DNA of 56,572 nucleotides from Proteromonas lacertae. Lineage: Eukaryota. This document shows positions 1 through 13,545 of the stretch, piece by piece; within the stretch, counting starts at the first letter, position 1, and each line of letters opens with the position of its first letter. The stretch covers positions 1 to 56,572 of the forward strand of contig NGBS01001195.1 of the NCBI GenBank assembly GCA_002245135.1. The letters are read 5' to 3'. Position numbers and translations under genes: made by a program. The notes beneath the pieces are model-generated. The model did no database searches, had not been told where the DNA came from, and saw only the letters and a list, made by a program, of their open reading frames with translations.

Positions 1-3000
1 TAGTTTAGATGAATCGAATGGTAATTTAATATTTACTCCTACAAGTGAAATGAAAAACTCAAATTATAAGATAATAATAACCGATTAAATGCATTTACAT
101 ACGAATTTGAATTTGATTTAAATGTGTATAATAATTATAATTCAAAGATTGAATATGAATATCCTCATTTAATATTCTACTATAAACATGAGATGAAATA
201 TGAAAGCCTGTAATAGATGGTAGTTATGATAAATTTATGATAAGTCCTTCTTTACCTATAGGTTTATCGCTGAATGAATATAGTGGTGAGATAAGTGGTT
301 CTGTATTAGTTGATGTAGTGACTAATCCATATAGAATTTCCACAAATACTGGAAGTGGCAATGAGAAATCAATATATATAACGATTTCAAAGAAATCTTG
401 TTTTGATATTGGTGATGGATTTGAGACAGTAGATGAAAATATGAAAAGTGTGAAAAGTTGTGATAATAGTGAAATTGGATATAAATACAAAGAATGTATA
501 TACAATGGTGAAAAAGACGAAATGGAATGGGGTGAAATTCATGAAGAGCAATGTAGTTTAAGTTCAGATGATTATATATCTGTGTCTAGTTGGTATGTGA
601 ATGAAAACTATGAAAATGATTGGAATAATCCTCGAAATATAAATTCAGTGAATGTAAATGATAATTGGAATAAAATAGACTTAAATGTTGATATATCAAT
701 GTCAAAGAAAAGAACAAAATATTTACGAAATGTATTTATGATGAGTGACAAAATGAATAAAAAACGATTAGAAATGAAATTGAATTATAATTGTGGTATA
801 ATACTGTATATGAATGGAAAGATATTTTATCGTCGAAATATTGATAAAGATGGAAATTTAGAATATGCTGCTCGAAATCATGAAAGACATGATCAAGAAA
901 TAACAATGCCAATCCATTATTTTCATAATGGATTAAATACGTTAGGAGTAGAAATTCATAAATTGACAAATCAAGATTCTGTTAAATTTGGAATATCTTA
1001 TTTAAAACCAAAAGCTACTAGTGGTTGGCAAAAAGTATACTTTTGTGTTTGGGACAAAGAATTAAATATTTATCAAAATGGAGTTAAAGTAACTGATCTT
1101 GATAAAGTTTGCCTTAGTTATGATGGTTCTGAAGAAACTACATTTAGAAGTGACAATGTTCAATGTGTAAATGGCAAAATAGAGAAAGTGAATTTTGTAT
1201 TTGAGAGTAGAGATTTAAGTGCAAATACATTTACTCGTTTTGGTTGGTCGAAAAAGTCAACCAATTATGATCCAAAAGATGTAAACTATTATGTAAAATA
1301 CGACATAGATTCTGATGATAGTAATTGGATTCCATTAAATTCTTCTACAATATATTATCGTTTAATGGGAAGTTATGAACAATATCGAATGGAAGTATTA
1401 TCAACAGTAGGTGATTGTAGTGGATCTAGTTGGCATATAGAATGGGCTGAATTTCAAATGCTATTTATTCATGAGAATCCACAATATGCATGTAATACCA
1501 ATAAATTATTATATCCAACATCTTTTGTAGGTGCTGAAATGGAAACAATTCCTTGTGGTGATGGTAAGATAGGATATGAATACTATAAATGTGAAGAAGA
1601 ATTAAGAGAATGGCGATATCATAATGATCGATGTTTAGAATATAAAGAGCAAATAAAATATACAGAAAATAATGAATTGAATTTTATAATAGGAGTAGAA
1701 AGTATATATGAAGTGATGGAAGGTAATTTTGACAGTGTTAGTTGGAACAACACAGATGATCATTTATTGTTAGATGAAAGAAGTGGTAAAATAATAGGTT
1801 TATTTGATGCTAAGACTGATATATATATCTTATTAAAATTCCAGATATCTTCAATGAACAAAGAGATAGATGAAGTGATTCATATAAATGCAGATCATAA
1901 ACGATTAGAATTTGATTATAAACAAAGAGAATTACATTTACATACGAATGTGAGAGTTGAAGTAAGAGCAAACATATCAATGAATGGATTAAGAAGTATA
2001 AAATGTAATGAAATTGAATGTGATTTTGTTAGTTTAGATGAATCGAATGGTAATTTAATATTTACTCCTACAAGTGAAATGAAAAACTCAAATTATAAGA
2101 TAATAATAACCGATTTAAATGCATTTACATACGAATTTGAATTTGATTTAAATGTGTATAATAATTATAATTCAAAGATTGAATATGAATATCCTCATTT
2201 AATATTCTACTATAAACATGAGATGAAATATGAAAAGCCTGTAATAGATGGTAGTTATGATAAATTTATGATAAGTCCTTCTTTACCTATAGGTTTATCG
2301 CTGAATGAATATAGTGGTGAGATAAGTGGTTCTGTATTAGTTGATGTAGTGACTAATCCATATAGAATCTCCACAAATACTGGAAGTGGCAATGAGAAAT
2401 CAATATATATAACGATTTCAATAAAGAAATCTTGTTTTGATATTGGTGATGGATTTGAGACAGTAGATGAAAATATGAAAAGTGTGAAAAGTTGTGATAA
2501 TAGTGAAATTGGATATAAATACAAAGAATGTATATACAATGGTGAAAAAGACGAAATGGAATGGGGTGAAATTCATGAAGAGCAATGTAGTTTAAGTTCA
2601 GATGATTATATATCTGTGTCTAGTTGGTATGTGAATGAAAACTATGAAAATGATTGGAATAATCCTCGAAATATAAATTCAGTGAATGTAAATGATAATT
2701 GGAATAAAATAGACTTAAATGTTGACATATCAATGTCAAAGAAAAGAACAAAATATTTACGAAATGTATTTATGATGAGTGACAAAATGAATAAAAAACG
2801 ATTAGAAATGAAATTGAATTATAATTGTGGTATAATACTGTATATGAATGGAAAAATATTTTATCGTCGAAATATTGATAAAGATGGAAATTTAGAATAT
2901 GCTGCTCGAAATCATGAAAGACATGATCAAGAAATAACAATGCCAATCCATTATTTTCATAATGGATTAAATACGTTAGGAGTAGAAATTCATAAATTGA

Positions 3001-3921
3001 CAAATCAAGATTCTGTTAAATTTGGAATATCTTATTTAAAACCAAAAGCTACTAGTGGTTGGCAAAAAGTATACTTTTGTGTTTGGGACAAAGAATTAAA
3101 TATTTATCAAAATGGAGTTAAAGTAACTGATCTTGATAAAGTTTGCCTTAGTTATGATGGTTCTGAAGAAACTACATTTAGAAGTGACAATGTTCAATGT
3201 GTAAATGGCAAAATAGAGAAAGTGAATTTTGTATTTGAGAGTAGAGATTTAAGTGCAAATACATTTACTCGTTTTGGTTGGTCGAAAAAGTCAACCAATT
3301 ATGATCCAAAAGATGTAAACTATTATGTAAAATACGACATAGATTCTGATGATAGTAATTGGATTCCATTAAATTCTTCTACAATATATTATCGTTTAAT
3401 GGGAAGTTATGAACAATATCGAATGGAAGTATTATCAACAGTAGGTGATTGTAGTGGATCTAGTTGGCATATAGAATGGGCTGAATTTCAAATGCTATTT
3501 ATTCATGAGAATCCACAATATGCATGTAATACCAATAAATTATTATATCCAACATCTTTTGTAGGTGCTGAAATGGAAACAATTCCTTGTGGTGATGGTA
3601 AGATAGGATATGAATACTATAAATGTGAAGAAGAATTAAGAGAATGGCGATATCATAATGATCGATGTTTAGAATATAAAGAGCAAATAAAATATACAGA
3701 AAATAATGAATTGAATTTTATAATAGGAGTAGAAAGTATATATGAAGTGATGGAAGGTAATTTTGACAGTGTTAGTTGGAACAATACAGATGATCATTTA
3801 TTGTTAGATGAAAGAAGTGGTAAAATAATAGGTTTATTTGATGCTAAGACTGATATATATATCTTATTAAAATTCCAGATATCTTCAATGAACAAAGAGA
3901 TAGATGAAGTGATTCATATAA
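1..3921 (+). repeat. Near-identical intragenic tandem duplication with a 2034-bp period (1-1887 matches 2030-3921)
   Basis: Direct comparison shows a few SNPs plus 1-nt (about 84 and 203) and 3-nt (about 390) deletions in the first copy. Shadow ORFs 736-969 and 2770-3003 are offset by 2034. Confidence 0.95.
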
Positions 3922-6900
3922 TAACTAGTATTTTATATTGTGAAGAAAATAATGGATATTCAAAAACAGAATTTAACTCAACATCTTCGAAACAATGTAG
4001 CAATAATATGATAGGAAATATGTATCGAAAATGTGAAGGTGAAATAACAAATCCATCTTGGGGAGAAGAGAATAATGAAGAATGTACATCAATCAAATAC
4101 AAGAAAGAAAATATATTTTATGAAAATGAAAATATAACGATAACTCCTGTGATAGAAGGTAAACTGAAAAATGAAGAAATATCCTATTCAATAGAAACAG
4201 ACAATGATGAAATTTCAATCAATTCTAAGAATGGAATAATAAAAGGTCTAATAAAAGAGAATAAAGAGTTGATTGTGAAAATAAAAATAGAATATAAAAA
4301 TCAAAAAATATCTGACTCAATAAATATAAAAATATTAAAAACAATATTCGAAATAAATCCATCTGAATATGAATACACAATCTATGAGAATGTAAAAACA
4401 TCATCAATCACAACAAATCGTAAAATTTCGGAATATTCAATATCTCCAGAATTAATATCTGAATTAAAACTAAATACAAGTGATGGTTCAATTGAAGGAA
4501 TAATAAAAGAACTAGTAAATGGAAAAGAATATACAATAAGTGGTTTAACCGAAAGTGGATATAAATATTCAACGAAAATCGTTATATCCTCTAAAAGTAT
4601 AATATAATATAATATCTATATAAATCATAATTCTCTAATTTTTATAGATACCTATTGTGAAGAAAATAATGGATATTCTAAAACAGAATTTAACTCAACA
4701 TCTTCAAAACAATGTGGTGATAATATGATAGGAAATATGTATCGAAAATGTGAAGGTGAAATATCAAATCCTTTATGGGGAGAAGAGAATAATGAAGAAT
4801 GTACATCAATCAAATATGAATTTTCACATTTTATTTTTAATCATAATCATTATGTAGAAATCAAGCCAATAATAACTGGAAAACTGAATGATTTTACATT
4901 TAATGGAATTGGTGAATTACCAAAAGATTTAATACTTAATAATGATGGTGTGATAAATGGAACTGCCAAAGAAATAACATCTAAAGCAATAAAATATATA
5001 ATAAAAATATCTCATTCTGAATATCCAAATCAAAATCTTGAAATGGAGCTTCAAATCGAGATATTAGATAATTATATTCGATATTCAAAATCTTCTTATA
5101 ATTGGATAGTGAGTGTATATTATGAAACTGATTCTCCTGAATTATCAACGAAATTTATAAATTTCGTTGTAAATCCTTCTTTACCCTCTGGATTATCAAT
5201 AAATAAGACAAATGGAATAATAAGTGGCATAGTTAATAGTGAATATGATTTAAAAGAATATGTAATAATAGGAATAGTATCTGATGAGATGAATATAACA
5301 ACTGAATTAAATATAAGTGTAACAAGTATATTATATATTAATTATGTTATATTTATTGTTTTAATAGAATCTTATTGTGAAGAAAATAATGGATATTCAA
5401 AAACAGAATTTAACTCAACATCTTCGAAACAATGTAGCAATAATATGATAGGAAATATGTATCGAAAATGTGAAGGTGAAATAACAAATCCATCTTGGGG
5501 AGAAGAGAATAATGAAGAATGTACATCAATCAAATACAAGAAAGAAAATATATTTTATGAAAATGAAAATATAACGATAACTCCTGTGATAGAAGGTAAA
5601 CTGAAAAATGAAGAAATATCCTATTCAATAGAAACAGACAATGATGAAATTTCAATCAATTCTAAGAATGGAATAATAAAAGGTCTAATAAAAGAGAATA
5701 AAGAGTTGATTGTGAAAATAAAAATAGAATATAAAAATCAAAAAATATCTGACTCAATAAATATAAAAATATTAAAAACAATATTCGAAATAAATCCATC
5801 TGAATATGAATACACAATCTATGAGAATGTAAAAACATCATCAATCACAACAAATCGTAAAATTTCGGAATATTCAATATCTCCAGAATTAATATCTGAA
5901 TTAAAACTAAATACAAGTGATGGTTCAATTGAAGGAATAATAAAAGAACTAGTAAATGGAAAAGAATATACAATAAGTGGTTTAACCGAAAGTGGATATA
6001 AATATTCAACGAAAATCGTTATATCCTCTAAAAGTATAATATAATATAATATCTATATAAATCATAATTCTCTAATTTTTATAGATACCTATTGTGAAGA
6101 AAATAATGGTTATCCACAAACTGAATATAATAAAAATGTGACAATATCTTGTGGTAAAAATGGTATTGGATATAGAAGAAGAGAATGTAAAGGAGATGTT
6201 ATAAATCCTAGTTGGTTAGAACCTTTTGTATATTGTAAATATATTGAATATGATTCTTCATATCAATCATATGTAAATGAAACAATAAGAATAAAACCAA
6301 CTATATCTGGTGATATTGATGATAAGTTACAATTCTCATTCACTAATAATGAAGAAGAAGAATTCATAACAATAGATTTAATTAGTGGAGAAATATATGG
6401 AAAAATGAATAAAACATCATCTTTAGATTATGTGATTGTAGTGAGAAGTGAGAAATTTAATAATATTACTATACCAATTCATATTGATGTAATAAATGTA
6501 GAATTTTATTATGAACCAAACGAATTGAGTTATTTTGTCTATACCAATATATTTACTTCACTTCCTTATACTAATAAACAATTTGATTATTATTCAATAT
6601 CTCCAAGACTTCCAAATGGTTTATCGTTTAATTCAAAGAATGGTCAAATATCAGGTAGGATGTATGAAGAATATGAAAATCAATTCATAATAGGCGGAAT
6701 TAGTGAATTAAATCATACAACATCCTTATCAATAAAAATAAGAAGTATAATATATATGATATATATTCTTAATAGCTGTTTATTGTGAAGCAATAGGTAA
6801 GTGGAGTAGAACTGGTTATTATGAAACAATTTCTTTACCTTGTCCAAAGGAGTTGAATATGACAGGGACAATGTATAAAAGATGTCAAGGAACAATAGAA

Positions 6901-9491
6901 AAACCTGAATGGGGAATGACAAATATGAGTGAATGTAAAATCTATATCAAAAGTCCTCCCAATATTTTTGATACACCAAAATATGAAGATTTAGATGAAA
7001 TCATCAAATCAGAATCAGAGAATATAAATAATGAAATACCGACCATTATACCTACAAATTACACTACAATTGAATTTGTAAAAGATGTAAGTATATCATT
7101 AACTGAAATTAATATAAAGAGTCAATATTCAGTAGATACAAACTATATAAATTACAAAGAAAAAGATGACGTTTTAATCAACAACAAAATAATAAAAAAG
7201 AAATCTGAAATAATCATTTCACCAATTCGAGAAGAATTATCGTCCATAACTTTATTCAAAGAAATTACTGAATCAATAATAGAAAATTTGAATATAGTAG
7301 TGAATTCTCGAATGAAAATAAGAAAAAGGGGTTTAAGTGAATTAAGTGAAGATGGTGATGATATTAGTAATAAAGATTTAGTATTTAATGTAGGTAAATG
7401 TGGAGTATTTGCTTCAATTAATAATTCTCATATTTCTAATATCACAATAAATATAAAAGACTTAACTGTATTGAATTGTTCAGGATATGGAGGTATATTT
7501 GCGAATGAATTAGAAATTCCAAAATATATAATGTAATAATAAACATGGAAAATACTCCAATGATAGTGGATTTATCACATTTTAATATATTTGGTTTTCT
7601 ATCTGGATATGTAGAAAACTCAACAATCGAAAATTGTCGAGTAATAGGGTCAAATATATCAATAATATCTGAAAAACAAAATGATAATAGTAACAAAATA
7701 TCTTCCACTTTAATAGGTGAATCTATTAATAGTAATATATTATTCAGTTATGTTGATATTGATGAAATGAAAATTGTAAATAATATGAATGAAAGAAGTG
7801 AAAATAACTCATTTATCTTTGGTGGTTTAGTTGGTAAATATATTACAACAATAGAAAATAATTATATAATAAATTCATCATTTGTATTGATTCGAAATTC
7901 TCTGCTAATAAGTCAATTACACAAGGATAATGGAATGAGAATGATATATGGAGGATTAATAGGAGAAGAAAGCAGTTCAAATGACTCAACAATAATGATA
8001 TATTCATGTTGGCATAAAATAGTGTCATATGGATTAGATTATGAAAGTGAAGAAAGTAGTAAATTTGGTGGATTTATTGGAAATAGAGAAAGTAATAATG
8101 ATTCATACTCTGAGATTAGTATAAAATTCAGTTATGTTCGAATTCTATTGGCCAATCAATTAATAGGTGATAATTTTGATGTAGGTGTATTTTTCGGTTT
8201 TGAAGAAGATGAAGGAAATATAGAGATAGAAAATAATTATGGATATGTTCAAAAACCATTTGTAACAAATGATTTACATGAAACATATTTAAGTGAATAT
8301 AGTGATAATACAAAGAGTTCAAGATTAATAATGGAAGATAATGGTAATATATTATTTGGTGATGGAGTAAAGACAAACAAATGTAAAACAACTATGTGTG
8401 ATGAAGAATTGAAAGGAATTGGATATAGAAAGAGTCCTTATTTGAACATATATACAAACATAGCTCCAGCAGAAACTAAAAAAGGATTAGATGATCAAAT
8501 AGGGGAATATCTAAGAAGAAGAATATTATTATCTCCTTATTCAAAATTATATGTTTTAAAGATTGAGAAAATAATATTGAATGATGATAAAACTAGTATA
8601 CATTGTCCTGTGAAATGTTCAGAACATGGTAAATGTATTGGAAACATTTGTTTATGTGATCCATATTACACAGGTGTAACTTGTTCATTACATTTATGTA
8701 AATATGGCAAATCATTAAGTGGATTTGTGAGTGAATGTTCAAATCAAGGAGAATGTGATAGATTAACAGGTAAATGTAGATGTTTTGCTGGTTATGAAGG
8801 AAGTGAATGTCAAAGAACGAAATGTCCAAATAATTGTAATAATCATGGAATTTGTGCTGTAGATGATAAAAATAAGAAAATATCAAAATGTGAATGTGAT
8901 AAAGAATATGAAGGGTATGATTGTTCAAATAGAAAATGTCCAAAAGGTTTAACAACTAAAGATGATTGTGAAGAATCTCCTTATCAAACAGAAACAATAA
9001 CATTCAATTCATCATTAACAACCACAAATACTGGATTTATTTATGTATTATATAAAGATTCAAATGAAAAAGAATGGTTTACATTAGCATTTAAATATAA
9101 TAATAAAGATGAATGGATGACAGCTTTAACATCTTTACCTTGTGGAGTAATATCAATCGAAGAGATGGAAGTAGAAACAATAGAAAAATCATTAACAGTT
9201 GTTAGAATTCCATATTCTCAGCATCAAAGTGGAAGACAATATCCTATGAAGATAATAGGAAAGAAAGAAATGAAGAATTTGAAAGATAATAACATTCCAT
9301 ATTTTCATGGATTAATAGATAGAAATGATTTACTTGATACAAATACAGTAGATATTAATTATTCTTCAGAAAAGCCTTCTACTTCCTTAGAATGTAGTGG
9401 AAATGGAATATGTAATAGAAAGAACGGATTGTGTGAATGTTTTGATGGATATTATGGAATTTCTTGTAGTTTAAATACTGAAATTGTATAA
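1..9491 (+). CDS. Giant modular surface/extracellular protein, 5' end outside window: putative Ig (He_PIG-like) repeats, Cys-rich HormR-like modules, jelly-roll/discoidin-like domains, GLUG-like repeats and a C-terminal mastigoneme-type EGF region
   Basis: ORFs 237-4607, 4725-6044, 6138-6788, 6853-7536 and 7545-9491 join through GT-AG introns 4597-4647, 5326-5367, 6034-6084 and 6745-6775, plus one apparent missing A near 7515 that restores LENSKIYNV. Motifs: ISPSLPxGLSLNxxSGEISG; CxxxxxGxxxRxC..W..C; GIILYMNG..GLNTLGVEIH; FGGLVG/YGGLIG; multiple EGF-like Cys repeats. Confidence 0.75.
3936..6109 (+). repeat. Intragenic duplication of about 737 bp (3936-4672 matches 5373-6109, offset 1437), including an identical 51-nt intron
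   Basis: Identical YCEENNGYSKTEF...ISSK coding block and intron. Shadow ORFs 4225 and 5662 are identical. Confidence 0.95.
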
Positions 9492-9646
9492 ATACTATCA
9501 TTTTACATTTTATTATTATTATTATTTTAATATTATTATTGTTACTGTTTTATAAATTGTTTTATAAATTATTAAAAAAACAATATTAACAAAAGAATAT
9601 TGAATAAAGATACATTAAACAATAATAAAGATAGATTCTTCTTCTT

Positions 9647-12600
9647 TTACTTCCCACTTACTCCTTTTACAGCAACAGCATCATCTACTCGATGTTTTAA
9701 AATACTCATTATTTGTTCTTTACATTCAGCTTCTACACCATCAACTTCATGTAATAATACAATGCTTGAACTATGAACATATCTTAACACTGAATCAATA
9801 CATTCTAAATGAACATCTACTGTATTACTATCAATACCACCTACCACATTACTCTCTACATCTCCAGTAAATAATTGTTTTATATATTCAATATCTGATT
9901 GAATTTTTGAGGTATATTTCATTTGGAATGTTCCAACTACATCAGTATGAGTATTAGTAACAGTCATTGCACATAAATCAAATACTAATTCATCTCCATC
10001 ATAACTACACTTCAAAGTTGATAATCCTTTTCCTAAAGCATCTTCAATCTTATTGGAGATTTCTTTAGGATATGCCTCAGCTGTATCACTTCCTTTATTC
10101 GTATATTCCCATACAGAACTAGCACAAACAGTAGCTCTACCACTACAACATAATACTCTACTTAATACATTAATAATTGCGTCTAAAACATTTACACGAA
10201 TATGAAGGAAATATACTGGTTCAATAACAGAGAATGGATATGTTAATATATTCATATTATTAGCTAATATAATTTCAAGATTATTAGTATCGTAATTAGG
10301 ATTATAGAGTGATTCTAACACTTGTGATCTTAATCCAACATAGATCATATAGAATCCTAAGAATTTCAATATTCTTGTTTCATATTCAATGAATTGGTTA
10401 TTAAACTGATCAAATGATTTATTCTGTTCATTTGTACTTTCTTCATCGCTTGAAATGATTTGGAATATTATATCATAAATCGATTTTATTTGATTCTTTA
10501 TATAATTCAATGTGTTTACTCTTACACAAACATGATCAATATTATATGATATAATGGGAATAGCTTCACTTGCTCTTCTTTGTCTTCCCAGTAAGTTCTT
10601 AAATCCCCAACCTGAGGATTTAGTAGAGGATGAAGTTGGTGGTGATGGAAGTGGAGGAATTAATCCTTTTATATCATCACAATTGGATAATAATGTAGTA
10701 CAATATTTAGTTAATAAATCAATCACTTGTTTAATGAATAGTTTAGTACAAGTGGATGGTAATGTTTCACCATTTAAGTGACTTAATATTGAGTTTAACA
10801 TAGTGGTTAAATTCAATATTAATTTCTCACTGGATTGTGAAGGATTAAAACGATCCGTTTCACTCTTTTCACTCTCCCAGATTTCATTTTTCAATGACGT
10901 TTCAATTTCCTTTGTCATAATGGTAAATGAATTAGAAATCCATTGATTCAAATAAGCACTTAATGTCTCATGAATACCAACTTTCTGTTCTAAAATTTCA
11001 TCTATTTTTTTATCAAATGCACAAGTAGAATGGTATAATGAAAATATTTCATAATTTAAAGTTTCAGAGTTGACTATTTCATCACATTTATTCTTAACAT
11101 TATCTTTTGTCATTGTTCGTAATGTTTCATAAGTATAAGTATCAATATCACTTCTAATATCTTTCATTTCATTTAATAATGAGTTTAATTCAGGTGATTC
11201 TATTAATTTCAATACTTTTTCTATTATTACACTCAATTCTAATGGTCCACCAGTTTCTTCATCAACTCCTAAGGATGTAAATATGTTATTAATTCCTGTG
11301 TTGATTGTATCAAGTAATGATTCTTTTGTTACAGTTTCTAAGTCTAATAATGGATCAGCATTATCACTGAATATTTGTTGAATTGAATATAATAATTTGA
11401 ATAATTGAATATCTACTGATATTGCTTTTATATCATTGATATAATTGATATAAAATGATTGTAAACCAATTACTAATGAATTGATAGCATCAGTGACTAT
11501 TGTTTGAATGTAATGTCTTGTGATGGAAATATAAGCATCATTGGAGAGTGGATAAGAGAATACTATTATAAATATAATATAATATAATATAATAATAATA
11601 ATACATGTTGGTTGATCTAAAACACTTGGATCTACAACATCTTTACCAATTTCTTTAATTTTCTTACTAATCTCTTCAATCTTCATATAAATATCATTAT
11701 TTCTAGGATGAGATTCAACATAAGTTCTTAATAATGAATGGAATATAGAGACAAAAGTAAAATGTTCATTTACATCAATTACAGTACAAAATCTATCCAA
11801 CAGCGAAACAACTTGTTTAAATTCTGATTGCAATTCCATACTATGTAATGACACATATAAAATATTTTCTAATAAAGTATTACTCACTGGAACAGGTATT
11901 GGTAATTGAATATTAAATGTATTAATTATTTGATTACAATCATCTAATATTGGAGCTAATAGTTCAATACACCAACTGATATCAGTATCTTCATCAGACA
12001 ATAACACCTGAATTTCTTTAGAATGTTTTCTAATCACTAATAATTGTTTGGATTTAACTTCTATTGATTCTTCACTTTGTTTTATATACCATAATAATGA
12101 TGTGAATACTAAGAGCAAATATGATCTTAACCAGATTCTGTAGTTATTATTGTCATTATTAAACTCACTGAGTGGATGTTTGGATATGATTTCACATAAT
12201 GTTTGTAGAGTGACTAAAGAATGAGTATCTACAGAATGTTCTAGAATTGTCTTATTCAATTCTTCACTAACTTGATATTCACTTGCTAATAAGTTAAATA
12301 TTTCTTTCTTATCATCAGGAATGTTATAATCATAACTCATCACTAATGTTAAATAAGAGAGTACACCCATTTCATTGATTTTTATATTCCAATATTTTAA
12401 ATCGCATGGTGTAAGAGTATCATTCCATTGTGAAGTTAATTCATTGAGTTTGGAATATTCTAAGGATTTCACATCATCTTCAGATATTTCTACAGGTATT
12501 CTTGCTTTTGGTTGTTGGTTTTGATTATCATCTTCTTCTGCTGATGCTCCAGCTAAGTTGTTTTCTTCATCTTCTTTTAAGTTAACTTCTTCTTCATCAT

Positions 12601-13425
12601 TTTCTTCTTCTTTTTGTGCCTCCTTTACCTGTTCAATGTATTTTTGTTGTAATTTCTTCTTATGCAATTCCATAATTAATTCGGTAATATCTGCCTCTAC
12701 GTTTGTAGCTAAATAACATGATTCAACAGTGAAATTAGCATCACTTACTTCAGTCATCATCAATTTTTCACTTTCAGCACATTTTATCCATATTTCTCGT
12801 AATATATTTAAACGGTTTCTTTCGTATTTCTCAAACATACTCATAATACCTGACATTGTCTTGGTATGTTCACTTTCTGCGATTGCTAAAGCTTGTTCGG
12901 CTTGATCAACTGCAGCTTGAATACCTTTCTTTCTTGCTTTTGCTACATCCTCTGTTTTCTGTTGGTATTGTCTATTAAAATAGATATTAATGATTAAAAA
13001 ATACTTTCTACTTGTCTTTTCTACACTTTCTAATTTTGCTTTTACTGCTCGCAGATCATGAAGTAATGTTGTTAGCTTGGGAAGCACTTCATCTTTCAAT
13101 AAAGCCAAATACTGTTTATGAGCATTACTAGTTGCTTGCATCTATAGAATTATATCATAAAACCTATCTTAATACACATGCAGATGTTGCTGTTAAAGCA
13201 ACACGAAAAGAAGTTAATTCTGAAGGGAAATCAGGTAAAACATTCTTGGCATATACCTTAATGGCGTTTTCTTCTAATGAAACACGGTTCTACAATAAGA
13301 AAATGATGTGATGATACTTCATAGAAAACGATTAAAGCTTTAATAGTTTGTTTAGCTTGTTTAGCTTTCCTTTGTACAATATCAAACGAGTCAACTAATG
13401 CGTCTTTGAATGTTAGATCAGCCAT
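9647..13425 (-). CDS. F-BAR/FCH + MUN (Munc13/PATROL1-DUF810-like) membrane-trafficking protein with a WWE-like insertion
   Basis: ATG at 13425 (MADLTFKDALVDSFDIV.. NRVSLEE, FCH-like). Introns 13290-13317, 13142-13175, 12972-13004 and 11563-11604. C-terminal CVRVNTLNYI..IYVGLRSQVLESLY..LSRVL..IQSDIEYIKQLF resembles MHD2 of plant-type Munc13 proteins. Confidence 0.7.
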
Positions 13426-13545
13426 TTCAAAAAAGAAATATCTTCTATCAGAAAACCGAAATTTTTATACCGAAGTGTTTATATTTTTTAAAAATTAACT
13501 GAAACAAATTGAAGAAAATAATAAACAATTAATCTACTTATTGAA

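Noticed and set aside
224..8955. Many short antisense ORFs rich in I/L/F/Y/H (also elsewhere in the window)
   Set aside because: Shadows of AT-rich coding sequence on the opposite strand; no motifs.
13290..13317. GTATCAT-starting intron as a GT-AG U12 intron
   Set aside because: Only 28 nt, weak donor beyond +7 and no convincing CTTAAC branch; fits the ordinary short U2 class.
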